NCBI GenBank assembly: GCA_964016885.1 | Contig: OZ024740.1 | Location: 151,218,001 to 151,282,000 of the forward strand | DNA length: 64,000 nt | Reading direction: 5' to 3' | From: Eledone cirrhosa | Lineage: Eukaryota | In this document: piece after piece, positions 14,255 to 28,189 of the stretch | How the letters are laid out: each line of letters begins with the position of its first letter | Position numbering within the stretch: the first letter of the stretch is position 1 | The notes under the pieces: generated by a model | Told to the model about the DNA's origin: nothing | Seen by the model: the letters and a program-made list of their open reading frames with translations, nothing else | The model's database searches: none | Position numbers and translations under genes: made by a program

Positions 14255-14416
14255 TGTCTCTCTGGAAGAAATCGGCGGTGTTCCGACTATGAGAGGGCTG
14301 GGCACCGGTAGGTTAAAATACCCAAGACATGACATGTGTAATGATGGTGCCCCTGTGACACTATCAGAAGTTACAGGCCCCATGTGTGTCATGAATAAGG
14401 GATCTAGTGAACAAGT
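14255..14416 (-). CDS. Candidate internal exon of an unidentified host gene (54 codons, phase 0/0)
   Basis: Pyrimidine tract TTTTTATTTTTGTTATTTGCTTCATCAG acceptor; 162 nt open in one frame only (TCSLDPLFMTHMGPV...TPPISSRET); donor GTAAGA; higher GC than flanks. No homology recognised. Confidence 0.3.
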
Positions 14417-15854
14417 CTGATGAAGCAAATAACAAAAATAAAAATGCTTACTTATTGTGCGGTCCATAAAATGCCTGCTTAGAGTATAAAATGTGAGAGT
14501 AAATGCTCACCCGAGGAAAAGTAAAACAAGGACAACATACTGCGAGAACAGTAAAGATAATACAACCGTTCAGGTCAGTGTAAATAACTATAAATACTCA
14601 ACTCAACCTTTTGAATTGGTGAAAGAATCTAGCTCTCGCATAGATTAATCCGTATATGACTTTTGACAGTGTGCTTCACTGGTAGGTTCTGGAATCATTA
14701 ATAATGAAAGAATTAGCACTAATAATTGTTCTATCTCAGGCACAAAGTTAATAACTTGGGAGAAGAAGAAAGTCAAGTAGATGAACTCCGCTATTTAACT
14801 TGAACTTTATTTTATCGAAAAGATAAAAAGCTTCGTTGATCTCGTTGGGATTTAACTCAGACTGTAAAGAGCTGGAACAGATTTTGAAAAGCGTTTCTGA
14901 AAAGAAGCATTATTAATGATCTCTACTGTATTCTTCTGTGTATTGCGGTCATTTGACAAGAGAAATGTCCTACAAAGACTAGTTTTTGTGTATAACGCAC
15001 AGGAGAATCCGGGAAAATCTGTCGCTGGATGTTGAAGCTAGACAACACTGGCGAATACTGAGATGTATGTACAATATGTTATTTTTCAATAAAAATATAA
15101 TTAACCAGTTAATTAAATCTTTGACAGCTGTGACATGTGAACTTAACGGATTAGTGATTTATGTTCACACCTTGTATAATGATAAAATGTAATGATTAGG
15201 CAAACAAGGAAATTAAGTGATTTATTATAATCACCCTGAACATAGTTCAATTAAGTTTACAGTATTATAAATAATAACGCACATCTTATCCAGTCAGTCA
15301 CAAGGTGACCATGGTTAGAGACAGAAACTCACACTTCAAAAGAAAAAAAATACTTCTCATTGCGTATGTAGAAGTACATGGCAACAGTACCACTGGCAAA
15401 GAGTTCAGTTAAAGACTGACGTGTACTAAAAGACCGCCTGCAGAAGTCACTCAAATAGCGATCGAAACCATCAGATATTAACCAGTAGGACCGGTGCCTT
15501 TACGCACGTGTAAATGTTTTTTTCCCATATAATTATCTAGATTCCTCGAGCAAGGAAAAACTTAATTTCTTAAAAATATAGCTCCAGGTTGCGAATGTGG
15601 ATAACAAAACGTGACTCTCACATATTATGATTAGACCAGTTTTCCTTATTTCCACTGCTCAGCTTACAGGTTGTACATGTAAAGTGTACGTATGTTACCT
15701 GGTCAATTTCTTTGCCTGTAAACGACGATTATTCGTATAAACGTGAATTCATATTCTGTGCGAAGAAACTGAAGCTTTCAAAGTTGTTATCAGAAATTAT
15801 TGTTTTTCTTACTGACTTTTGAAGAAATGGTCATGTCGGCAATACATACATACA

Positions 15855-16910
15855 TGATAGCTGCTCCCTCGTTATCGAGTATGGCCATTGCACGATATAA
15901 CATTATTAATAATTATCAATTAATGCCATCGTGCAATGCCTGTGCGTGAAGATTTTTTTTAAAGTGAGGAAAGACTGTGCACTGAGCCAATCCCACTCTT
16001 TGAGCGACAGTAGCTATAACCCGAAAAGTAGAAAAGATCAACATCATCAGTAACTACTGAGCTGCAGGTTTTATGTCGGAGTTATCCCAGTTTCCTAAGT
16101 TACCTTCTCCTAGAAGAATGCTCTGAAAAAGGCTACGGGTCCTTCACTCCCAGTGGTTTAACCGCGCGATCGGGTATCCGGCCCGATTATTTCTATGTCC
16201 CCACGCATATATACACACGCACCTACCTACCTACCTACCTACCTACATACATACATACATACATACATACATACATACATACATACATACATACATACAT
16301 ACATACATGCGTGTATGTATGCTGGTATGTATGTATGTATGTCGGGTCACTCTTGAGTGCTACTGGTAACATGTAACCCACTACAACCTGTCGCATGGTG
16401 GGTCGTCGGCGACTAAACCGGCAACCCTACCAAGTTCACTTGGCGAGGATGGGGATTTTGGACACCCTTCAGGACAAAAAACAAAACCTGACAAAGGGCG
16501 AAAGAACTCATAAGAGTCAACGGCCATCCAAAGTTGTGTAAATAAGTATATACACATGTACAGATGTATGTATATGCGCGGGGACATAGAAATAGTCGGG
16601 CTGGACACCTGTGAAGGACTCCTAGCCTTTGTCAGAGCATTCTTCTAGGAGAAGGCAACTCAGGAAACTGGGATAACTCCGATATAAAACCTGCGGCTCA
16701 GTAGTTACTGATCATGTTGATCTTTTCTTCTTTTCGGGTTATAGCTACTGATGCTCAGAGAGTGGGACTGGCTCAGTGCACAGTCTTTCCTCACTTTAAA
16801 AAAATATCTTCACGCACAGGCATTGAACGATAGAATTAATTAATAACTATTAATAATGGTATATCGTGCAATGGTCATACTCGATAACGAGGGAGCAGCC
16901 ATCATCATGT
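15855..16910. mobile_element. Head-to-head pair of RTE-related non-autonomous elements (family Y; 15855-16215 minus, 16341-16910 plus)
   Basis: 15855-16210 is the reverse complement of ~16570-16910; CTAGGAGAAGGCAACTC motif; 3' CTCG-ATAA-CGAG stem-loop and (ATGT)n tail; homologous in parts to family X. Confidence 0.75.
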
Positions 16911-17456
16911 ATGAATGTATATAGTGTATGTATGCATGTACGTATGTACGCACGTATTCATATATATATATATTTCTGTTAACATGTATGTATGTGTGTA
17001 TGTCTATGCCTGTGTGTACACAGGGCAATTATGTGACATCTTCCAAATAGCAAAGCCTTGATGCTTCACCTACATTAGTACTGGAATTAGGGTTCTCTGT
17101 CAAAATGAAACACCCATCAAAACGGAACCGGATGTAGCTCATTTACATCCCATCAGCTTAAATCGATCAAAGTTGTTTCCTTTTAATTAACATTGATGGA
17201 CATCAGGTTCGGAGCAGTTGTCTTACGCTTGCATACTGTTGCTTGCACGCAGGCGCACATAAGTACTCACATACACAACCGATAACACTTAAAGAAAAGT
17301 GTGTGTATATATATATATATATATACAAATATGTAGAAAGAGAGAAAGAGTGAAAGAAAAAAAGAGGGAGAGAGAGAAAGTGTGAGAGAGAGAAAGAAAA
17401 TACACACATATATGCATACACATATATACATACAATACATGCATATAAATATATCG

Positions 17457-17520
<64 letters not shown>

Positions 17521-17793
17521 GAACGATCGACTTTTTGGTCAAATCGGACCGAGGGAACAATGTTTCCGTTGGTCTTTCCAATTGCTAATACTATCTATCG
17601 GTCGCAACTCCCTTATGATTGCGAGTACAATTCTCTAACCACTCAGCCACACGCCTTCACTATATATATATATATGCGGAACACACACACGCGCACACAC
17701 ACACACGCGCTGAGAAAGACATACACACACAAACGCACTCCTGGCGCACACATATATATATATACATGTATATATATAAACATATATATATAT

Positions 17794-17883
<90 letters not shown>

Positions 17884-17964
17884 ATATATATATATATACA
17901 TGTATATAAATATATTTATATATATATATATACATGTATATATATATATAGGAGGGTGACTTTA

Positions 17965-18932
17965 GACATGCTGCAGGACCAAAAACAAAACCTGTCAAAG
18001 GGCAAAGGAGCTCTTAAGAGTCAATCAATGGCCATCCAAAATCACCGGGAGAGATTACCCCTTAGCCTTTGTCAAGGCAGAATTCTAGGAGAAGGAAAAC
18101 TCTGATATAACACCTGCAACTCTGATGGTATCCAATGATGTTGACTTGTTCTTCTTTTTGGTAAATATCATCTTGGTTAAGAGGGTGGTACTGGCTTTGT
18201 GCAGTGACTTTGCTCACTATAAAAGCTTCACGGCAAGGCATTGCTTTATATCTGGAGATCTCTCTGCACTTGTCGTCACATGGTACCATGGGCCCAGCAC
18301 TGTGTGTCAATAATTGTCACAAGTGTCGTGTTTGTACCAGAGTTTTTAAGCTCGCTCTGGCTAAAAAGTCACTCGTTCAGCGCATCGGTAGGGGTACTCC
18401 TACATGGATATAAAGTAGTGGCCGTACTCGAAAGCGAGTTGGCAGCCACCATATATATATACGTATATACGTATATAAACGTCTAGATTGATAAACATAC
18501 TTAATTACATACATATATGTATACGTATAGGCTTCTCTATTAAATGTGTGTAACCAAGTATGTCTGTATGTATGTAGGTATGTGTGTATGTATGTATGAA
18601 TGTGTGTATGTATATATGTATATATGAATATATGTACAAATATCATCTTGGTCAAGAGAGTGGGACTGGCTTTGTGCAGTGCCTTTGCTCACTATAAAAG
18701 CTTCACGGCACAGGCATTGCTTTATATCTGGAGATCTCTCTGCACTTGTCGTCACATGGTACCATGGGCCCAGCACTATGTGTCAATAATTGTCACAAGT
18801 GTAGTGTTTGTACCAGAGTTTTCAAGTTGCTGGCTGGACTAAAAAGTCACACTCGTTCAGCGCATCGGTAGGGGTTCTCCTACATGGATATAATGTAGTG
18901 GCCGTACTCGAAAACGAGTTGGCAGCCACCAT
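17965..18932 (+). mobile_element. Two tandem copies of family X (17965-18452, 18638-18932)
   Basis: Reverse complements of 7156-7975; first copy keeps the head ACAAAACCTGTCAAAGGGC...GGCCATCCAA shared with 16480-16531. Confidence 0.8.
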
Positions 18933-21399
18933 ATATGAATGTACTTATCTATATATCTATGTGTGTATGTGTACCTGTTTATATATTAACTCAGTATAGA
19001 TCCCTGTACATTTAGAAAAAGAGAAACGGAACAACGTTCAAGCATTTTTCATACATCAAAATGTGTATGTTTATGAGTATCTGTATGTGTGTGCGTGTGA
19101 GTGTGTGTGTGTGTGTGTGTGCGCGCGTATGTGTGTGTGTGTGTGAGAGAGAGAGAGTGTTTTTATGGGTTTTGTATCAATGTGCTTATGGTGAGCTTGC
19201 TAAATGCACTCTTTCTACTGATGTCTGTCACTTGGTGCAGTAGTTAAAACTTGTGTCGTAACATTTGCTATTACTCACTGCACCCAGGAACACAGAAACA
19301 TTTCCAATCGCATTTATTGAATGGCAGGCAGAGCAATGACTACTTTGCGGGTGATGTTTCCTCAACCAACACATACACCTACACGCGCACTCACGCGTGA
19401 GCACATGTTATTTATTGTATTCATTTGTCTTTCGACTTAGTACTATTCCTAACGCCTTGGTGCGTTGAGACCATTAAAATTTCTTTTTAGTACCCCGCAA
19501 TGTTGCTTTCTCCGCTGGTGAGTTTGTTTTTAAATTGTGTTTACCCTTTTCGAGAATAGTCACAAAATTTGTTATAATTGATTGCACTAGGGAGTGATCT
19601 ATCCGCTTGAGAAGCATCTTCTCCACATTCACTGTAGAACAGACGTTTGTAGCCCGTTCCATATATCACCATTTCCAAAAGTAATTAAAAAATGGCGAGT
19701 CTATTTACTGTGAGCGCAGAGGATTCCGCAGTTCCGGTAGCCGCAGATGAAATTAGCATTAATTATAAATGTTACTACTACAGCAAATACCATACAGGCA
19801 ACAAAAACAACTACAGCAAAAAACAAAGAAACAGCAACAGTAAGAAAAAAAAACAATAACAACAAATATCAGAACGCGTCAACCGCTCAAGAAGCTAGTC
19901 AACCAACAAGCTTGATGCCACTGTGTTGGTCAGCCGACCAGTCAAGTAATGAACGACGCGGTTTCAAAGAAAACTGAAGCCATACCATCAACTTAAAAAG
20001 GTCTCCCACCAAACAAGCCACTTTCTTTTCAAGGCGGCCAAACATTTAGACAAATTAATTCTCAAAGAGGATCAATTAATGGAGGAAAAGAAGATAGTAG
20101 GAAATAGGAGTCACAGGGTGAGCCTTAAACCTCCATCCACCGTGTTAGAAAATCAACGCCGTTTTATAGTAGTATACCGTACAATTGGAGTTAAATCACG
20201 CCAAGTGGAATGGGCCAACAGGAACCAAATTCAAAATGCCTGGGAATGAGCATGGGCACGCAAAGCACATATCATTCAAGGTAAGCGAGATATGGTTCGG
20301 TGGATATTTTATTTCCCACCCTGCCAAGAAGCATAATCTCACTCTCTAGCCCTACTCAGATGCGAGGAACTCACTCTTGTGCCGCTCTATTGTGGCTAGA
20401 GACTTGTGAAGGTCAAGCTGACCTAAGTAGCGCAAGTGTCATTCCTTGTCTACTTGCAGCTATCTTCGCCTACATCAAGGGGGAAAGCATCCATTTCAGA
20501 GGCGTACAAAAGATCAAAAGAGAAAACTGGGCCGGGACGGGGATATAGCTACTCCTCCAAATGGCCCATGGCTGCCATCTCCGATATAATAAATTTCGCG
20601 TAGGGCACCTATCTTTCCCAAATCGTAGAAGGTAGTAAGCCAAAGTGTCCTACTTGTGGGGCAAAACCCATATCAAGGCCTTCTGCACACAACAGGTCAT
20701 GAGAAAGGAAAGGTTCTCTCTCCTCCCAACAAATCCCTATTGCAAACAACATAAGCAGCAGTGGAAAAAAACACCGCCAGTAACTAGAAAAGCCAAAACA
20801 ACAGCAACATCAGCAGCAGCGCCAAAATCAATGACAGCAATAACAATCAGTCATGGATTTTAGTGATTGGGAGGAAGGGGCCACCATTCACAAATAAAAA
20901 GCACAAGCCACAAGGCACAAATTACAGAAAACGACACCTCCTTCAGCAGTATTACCACCACCAATACCAGCAGCACTCCCAACCCCACCCCGCACCACAG
21001 CAACTGAAATAGTAATATTACCGTCATCGTTTCAGCAAGTATGAGAACACATTTTGGTCATGTTTTAGTCTTATTGTGGCATCATCAGTGAAATATGGCT
21101 TCCAACCTATTTAGCAAAGGAGGCTACATTAAGTAGTCTATTAAATAATAAAATGGTTTAGAAAGTATATATTTTAGATACATAGATTTGGTTATGTTTG
21201 GTACAATAGGCAACATCAGCAATATGACATACAATTACATAGAGATTGTTGCTCGTCTGTCTTATAGCAAGAGTTTCATCAAGCTGGAGCTTATTTCATT
21301 TTTATTGTTTCATGCACCGAGGAAACACGATATTTTTACCCTACCCCCTTTCTACCACGGCACGCCAGTCTACTGAAAGGGTAAAACCCAGTTGCTCCA

Positions 21400-21545
21400 G
21401 CTGGTATACATTTACTCTGCTAAGTAAACTGAAGTAACGTGAAATGAAGTACCATGCTCAAAGGCACAACTCCATATTTATTCCGCGGATCGAACCCATG
21501 ACTTTATGGTCGTAAACCCCAGTGCCTATCCACTAGACCCACAGT
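21400..21545 (-). mobile_element. tRNA-derived SINE family B, fragment
   Basis: Minus strand GGGTCTAGTGGATAGG...GGGTTCGATCCG (A/B-box-like). Confidence 0.55.
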
Positions 21546-22664
21546 TACATACACATTCATGTAATTGTAACGACTGACTCACCGTCCTGTGTCCATCAAC
21601 CATTATGTCTTCAAATTCTACTACAAATGACTCTGCTCTTAAAAATTAAGTGGGTAAATGGTTAGGACAGTACGAAAGTGCAGGGAATAAATATACGGGA
21701 CATAATTCCCGACATTTATTACTCTCGTTGGAGATCCTCGTTGAAACTTGCTGAAGTATTAGCGAACGAGTAGTTAAGTAAACATACAGAAGTGTATGTT
21801 TATTGGCATAGAGAAGCGAATTGTTTGAAAAACTAAATAATTTTGAGAAGCCATCAGCTACATAAATAATAATTTATTGAGTGAACGTATTTCATTTAAC
21901 GATTAGAATATCAGTAGGCTCAAATAGGAAGATGGCTGCTCCCCCCAACACCTCACTCAACATCAGTACTTATATATACGTTTATGGTTTTTTCACCTGT
22001 ATTCTCTCTGTCCATGCTTTCCAGTATGTTCCTCTGTTCCCCTATCTCTCCTCACTATCTCTGGTTTTATTTATTTATGTATTTATTTATTTGTTCATTT
22101 ATTATTATTATTATTTATATATTCAAAGAATTTATACGACCATGTAGGGCTAGTAAGCCATTAGTGACGGGGGAAAGGTAACTAATACTCCATATAATTA
22201 AGAAATAAAAACTAGAAAAGGATGAAAAAAGGACCACTATAAAGCAGTTAAATCTTTCTGTTGTTGAATATTTTGTTAACATTTATTTATGTATTGGAAT
22301 ACATTATTTATGATTGGCAGATCCTTGAAAATATATAGCATTTTCAATCTTAGTAGGTTTTTAAAGACATGTTTATAATGTACTCATATTTTTTCTATGG
22401 AAATACATTTTACATTTAATATGTGATCACTACACTTCAAGGACCACTAACTAATCTGTGCTACATCGTCTATTATTAGCCTATGTCTCGGCATATCACT
22501 ATATCACACTAACCTTCATACCTTCAGACATCTCCTTCACCTATATTATTACCTTGTCGGAAAAGGAATAGAAAGTACCCATAAAACCTCTTCAGACACT
22601 CCTTGACTGCCATGATATACGAATAAAGGGGTAGTGTTGCTGTGAGTTCGACTTTTATGAGTTC

Positions 22665-22837
<173 letters not shown>

Positions 22838-23329
22838 TATATTTATTAAAATAACAGATTAAAGTTTAAGCAAAGAATCGCTGCTTTCACCCTTAACGGG
22901 ATCTTCTGAAACTAACAAAGTCAATCTGTAAACGCAGAAGTGAATATTTCAAAAAACGTTCGTCTCTATGAACCACCTAAGAGAACATTAGTCTACGACC
23001 TCTTTTATACCATAAACGTGGTTCTGTCTTTGCGCGTAATTGTTTTTAATGACGTATTATATTCGTTTTTCCCCGTTCTTTGCCAGGGAACGTTTCCACG
23101 AACCTAAGTATCGTCTTCCTGTCTTCCTCCGGTTGCAACGTTTTTTGAAATATCCACTTCTGGGTTTACAGATTGATTTGTTAGTTTCAGAAGATGCCGT
23201 TAAGGGTGAAAGCAACGATTCTTTGCTTAAACTTTAATCTGGTCTACGGTTCTTATATATTTGATATATATTTATCCTTATCGAGCCCTCTTTGGAATTT
23301 AGTCTTCAAATTTATTATTAATACTATAT

Positions 23330-23576
<247 letters not shown>

Positions 23577-23736
23577 AATTAAAATACTAGAGTGTGTTGG
23601 AGTTAAACACCCTCTTCATATTATAGAAATGACAGTATAAGATATAGCTCAATGTAATTAAACAGAGCCGAAGAATTATAAAAATTTTATAAAAAATAAA
23701 CCAAAGAAGCCTTCAATACATCAAAAGTCTTTATTA

Positions 23737-23774
23737 GCCAACAATGTTTCGTCCTATTAAGGACTCATCAGGGC
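23737..23774 (-). ncRNA. Canonical minimal type I hammerhead ribozyme motif
   Basis: Minus strand GCC-CTGATGA-GTCC-TTAATA-GGAC-GAAA-C-ATT-GTT-GGC followed by TAATAAA: intact core, 4-bp stem II, GUU site, polyA-signal-like AATAAA typical of PLE pseudo-LTRs. Confidence 0.88.
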
Positions 23775-24539
23775 AAGTAAAGCTACAAGAAGCACTATCG
23801 GCCAATAAAAGCCAAAAACTCAGAAGAATATGGAGTATACATCTATTAAAGCTTAGGAAAGATATCAAGGAAAAGTTGGCTAAGATTAAGAGTGGGCAGT
23901 TACAAACATAGATATAGACCAAATAGCAAGGAAGTGATTAACATGTTGGACCCACATTGCAAATATTGTATAATGTAGAAACTTGAAACATAAATGGTAA
24001 TATAATGCGAGAATTACAGTACGATATAGAATATAATATAATATAATAGATGGTGATAATAAAAAGCTTAATATATGCATATATATATATCTATACATAT
24101 ACACTTTAGTACAAACACAAACTAACACTTATTAAGTATTTAAATATATATATATTGTTTACAGTATAATATAATAAAGATAAAAATAAGAATAAAGATA
24201 AAATAAAAATAAAATATAATATATAATTCCCTGTCAGTGTGCATAATCAATATAAAAACATTATAATAACATTATAATAACAATATTATAATATATTGGC
24301 ATCAAAAGATATACAAAATTACATCATACATATAATTCAAGGTTAACAAATAGTATAAAGTTTTACACGGGGTAAGAAAAAAATCATATAGAACTAAATT
24401 GTGTTGAAAAAATTGTGTTGAAAAAATATCTATACCATTGTAACAAATACACGGCGGTCAAGTCATTTTACATTGGCATAAATATTACCAAAATATCACA
24501 AAATATTACAAAATATAACAGAACAGTACCAGAAAAGTA

Positions 24540-24783
24540 GGTAACTAAATAAAGTTGACCAGAACTTCAAGAATAAATAAAGAACTTCAAAAATAAATAC
24601 CTTATAATATGATTAATCTTCCCCGTATATATTCCATTAAAGAAATATATTTCACCAATTAATTGAATGGTAAACCACGATTAATTGGTGAAATATATTT
24701 CTTTAATGGAATATATACAGGGAAGATTAATCATATTATAAGGTATTTATTTTTGAAGTTCTGGTCAACTTTATTTAGTTACC
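24540..24783. repeat. Fold-back hairpin, ~105-bp arms, 16-nt loop
   Basis: GGTAACTAAATAAAGTTGACC...TTTCACCAATTAAT pairs with ATTAATTGGTGAAA...GGTCAACTTTATTTAGTTACC; left arm has a small internal duplication. Confidence 0.92.
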
Positions 24784-24921
24784 AACCTAGCTATGTGTGG
24801 TTACACACTTGTAAAAATTATCTCCTGTGATTATTCATGTTTATTTATATGTTAATCAATTTCTAGTTATTATAAAATGCTCGGACCTACTCGTTAGAAT
24901 CTTAGAGCTTATTTTGAGGGT

Positions 24922-26605
<1,684 letters not shown>

Positions 26606-26652
26606 ATATATATATGTATATATATATATATGTATATATATATGTATGTATA

Positions 26653-26731
<79 letters not shown>

Positions 26732-26787
26732 GACGTAAAATAAGAAAATTAAAAAAATTAAAAATCAACTTACTTACTAAAATGTTC

Positions 26788-26869
26788 ACTCCAACTAATT
26801 AGTTTCTGTAAGGGGATAAATATAGTTACGTAATATAACTATAGAGAATTCCTCACGTCATCAGGGAGT
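26788..26869 (-). ncRNA. Type I hammerhead motif with enlarged, structured loop II (copy 1)
   Basis: Minus strand ACTCC-CTGATGA-C-GTGAGG-[AATTCTC TATAGTTA TATTACG TAACTATA TTTATCC]-CCTTAC-A-GAAA-CTAATTAG-TT-GGAGT. Confidence 0.78.
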
Positions 26870-27318
26870 CTATTCTCAGCTAAGTTCCCAGGCGATGCGC
26901 GGACACTAGGAACCCATATAAAAATAATAATTCAATGGATGGAATAAAGCTAGCGAGGACTAAATTCCAGAGCACTGAAAAAATTCACTGCCTCTAGTCA
27001 GTGGCAGATTCTAAAGAATTTATCACGTGACACTGAGGTTAATCAGTTAGGAGCGGGGTGGTATTATGACAAGAGCCTACTACTACCATGAATCAGCAGT
27101 AAATTTTGGCAATTTTTGCTCAACAAATAATTTGGAGATAAATATAGAGAATTATTACATCTTCCAACATATGTGTACAGATGTACACCCATGCTAGCAA
27201 ATATATATGTTATGTCTTAGTACCTTTGTGATTCTATGCAGGGGGATGCAGAACAATTATATGAAAGACGTAAAATAAGAAAATTTTAAAAATTAAAAAT
27301 CAACTTACTAAATTTTTC

Positions 27319-27400
27319 ACTCCAACTAATTAGTTTCTGTAAGGGGATAAATATAGTTACGTAATATAACTATAGAGAATTCCTTACGTCATCAGGGAGT
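27319..27400 (-). ncRNA. Type I hammerhead motif with enlarged loop II (copy 2)
   Basis: As copy 1, with a perfect GTAAGG/CCTTAC stem II (G-U in copy 1, A-U here, so pairing is kept). Confidence 0.78.
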
Positions 27401-27619
27401 CTATTCTTAGCTAAGTTCCCAGGCGATGCGCGGACACTAGGAAACCATATAAAAATAATAATTCAATGGATGGAATAAAGCTAGCGAGGACTAAATTCCA
27501 GAGCACTGAAAAAATTCACTGCCACTGGTCAGTGGCAGATTCTAAAGAATCAATCTCGTGACACTGAGGTTAATCAGTTAGGAGCGGGGTGGTATTATGA
27601 CAAAATTTTAGTAAGTAAG

Positions 27620-27720
<101 letters not shown>

Positions 27721-27736
27721 ATATATATATATATAT

Positions 27737-27907
27737 CTAAGGCGGGTAAAATTCCCCAGATCCATGGACGAGTTCTCTCCAGCGGTCTCTGTCCCTCATT
27801 ATCGCTGCCATATCCTGCATCTCCAACAGACCAGTGCCTGTCCTTAGGGCATCAACATATGTTAACCTTGGTCTTCCTCTTCTAGTGTGTCCATCTAGGG
27901 GCTCCCA
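27737..27907 (-). mobile_element. 5'-truncated RTE-type LINE 3' end inside (TA)n
   Basis: [21 protein letters not shown]...[17 protein letters not shown], near-identical to 51120-51291. Confidence 0.88.
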
Positions 27908-27911
27908 TATG

Positions 27912-27965
<54 letters not shown>

Positions 27966-27989
27966 TATATATATATATATATATACATG

Positions 27990-28070
<81 letters not shown>

Positions 28071-28189
28071 GAAGTAATTCCGTCAGAAATGTCCAGGAAA
28101 AAAGAGTGCTCTATGTAGGTTACAGAGCTTATTAGTTATGTAATAAACAACATAAGATAATTATTTCATAAGATAATTATTTTATTTAC

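Larger units (their letters stand above)
26727..27603 (-). mobile_element. Retrozyme-like tandem repeat (period 531-535 bp), one hammerhead per unit
   Basis: 26727-27072 repeats at 27262-27603; no ORF; both ends in or next to (TA)n; hammerheads at 26788-26869 and 27319-27400. Confidence 0.85.

Noticed and set aside
19688-19745. AAAATGGCG (YY1-like) and CCGGAA (ETS-like) motifs as a promoter
   Set aside because: Short motifs with no supported adjacent gene.
21055-21095. Minus-strand CTGATGA...TAAAAC motif; similar weak motifs at ~47490, ~47670 and ~53102
   Set aside because: Core or helices too degenerate to call.
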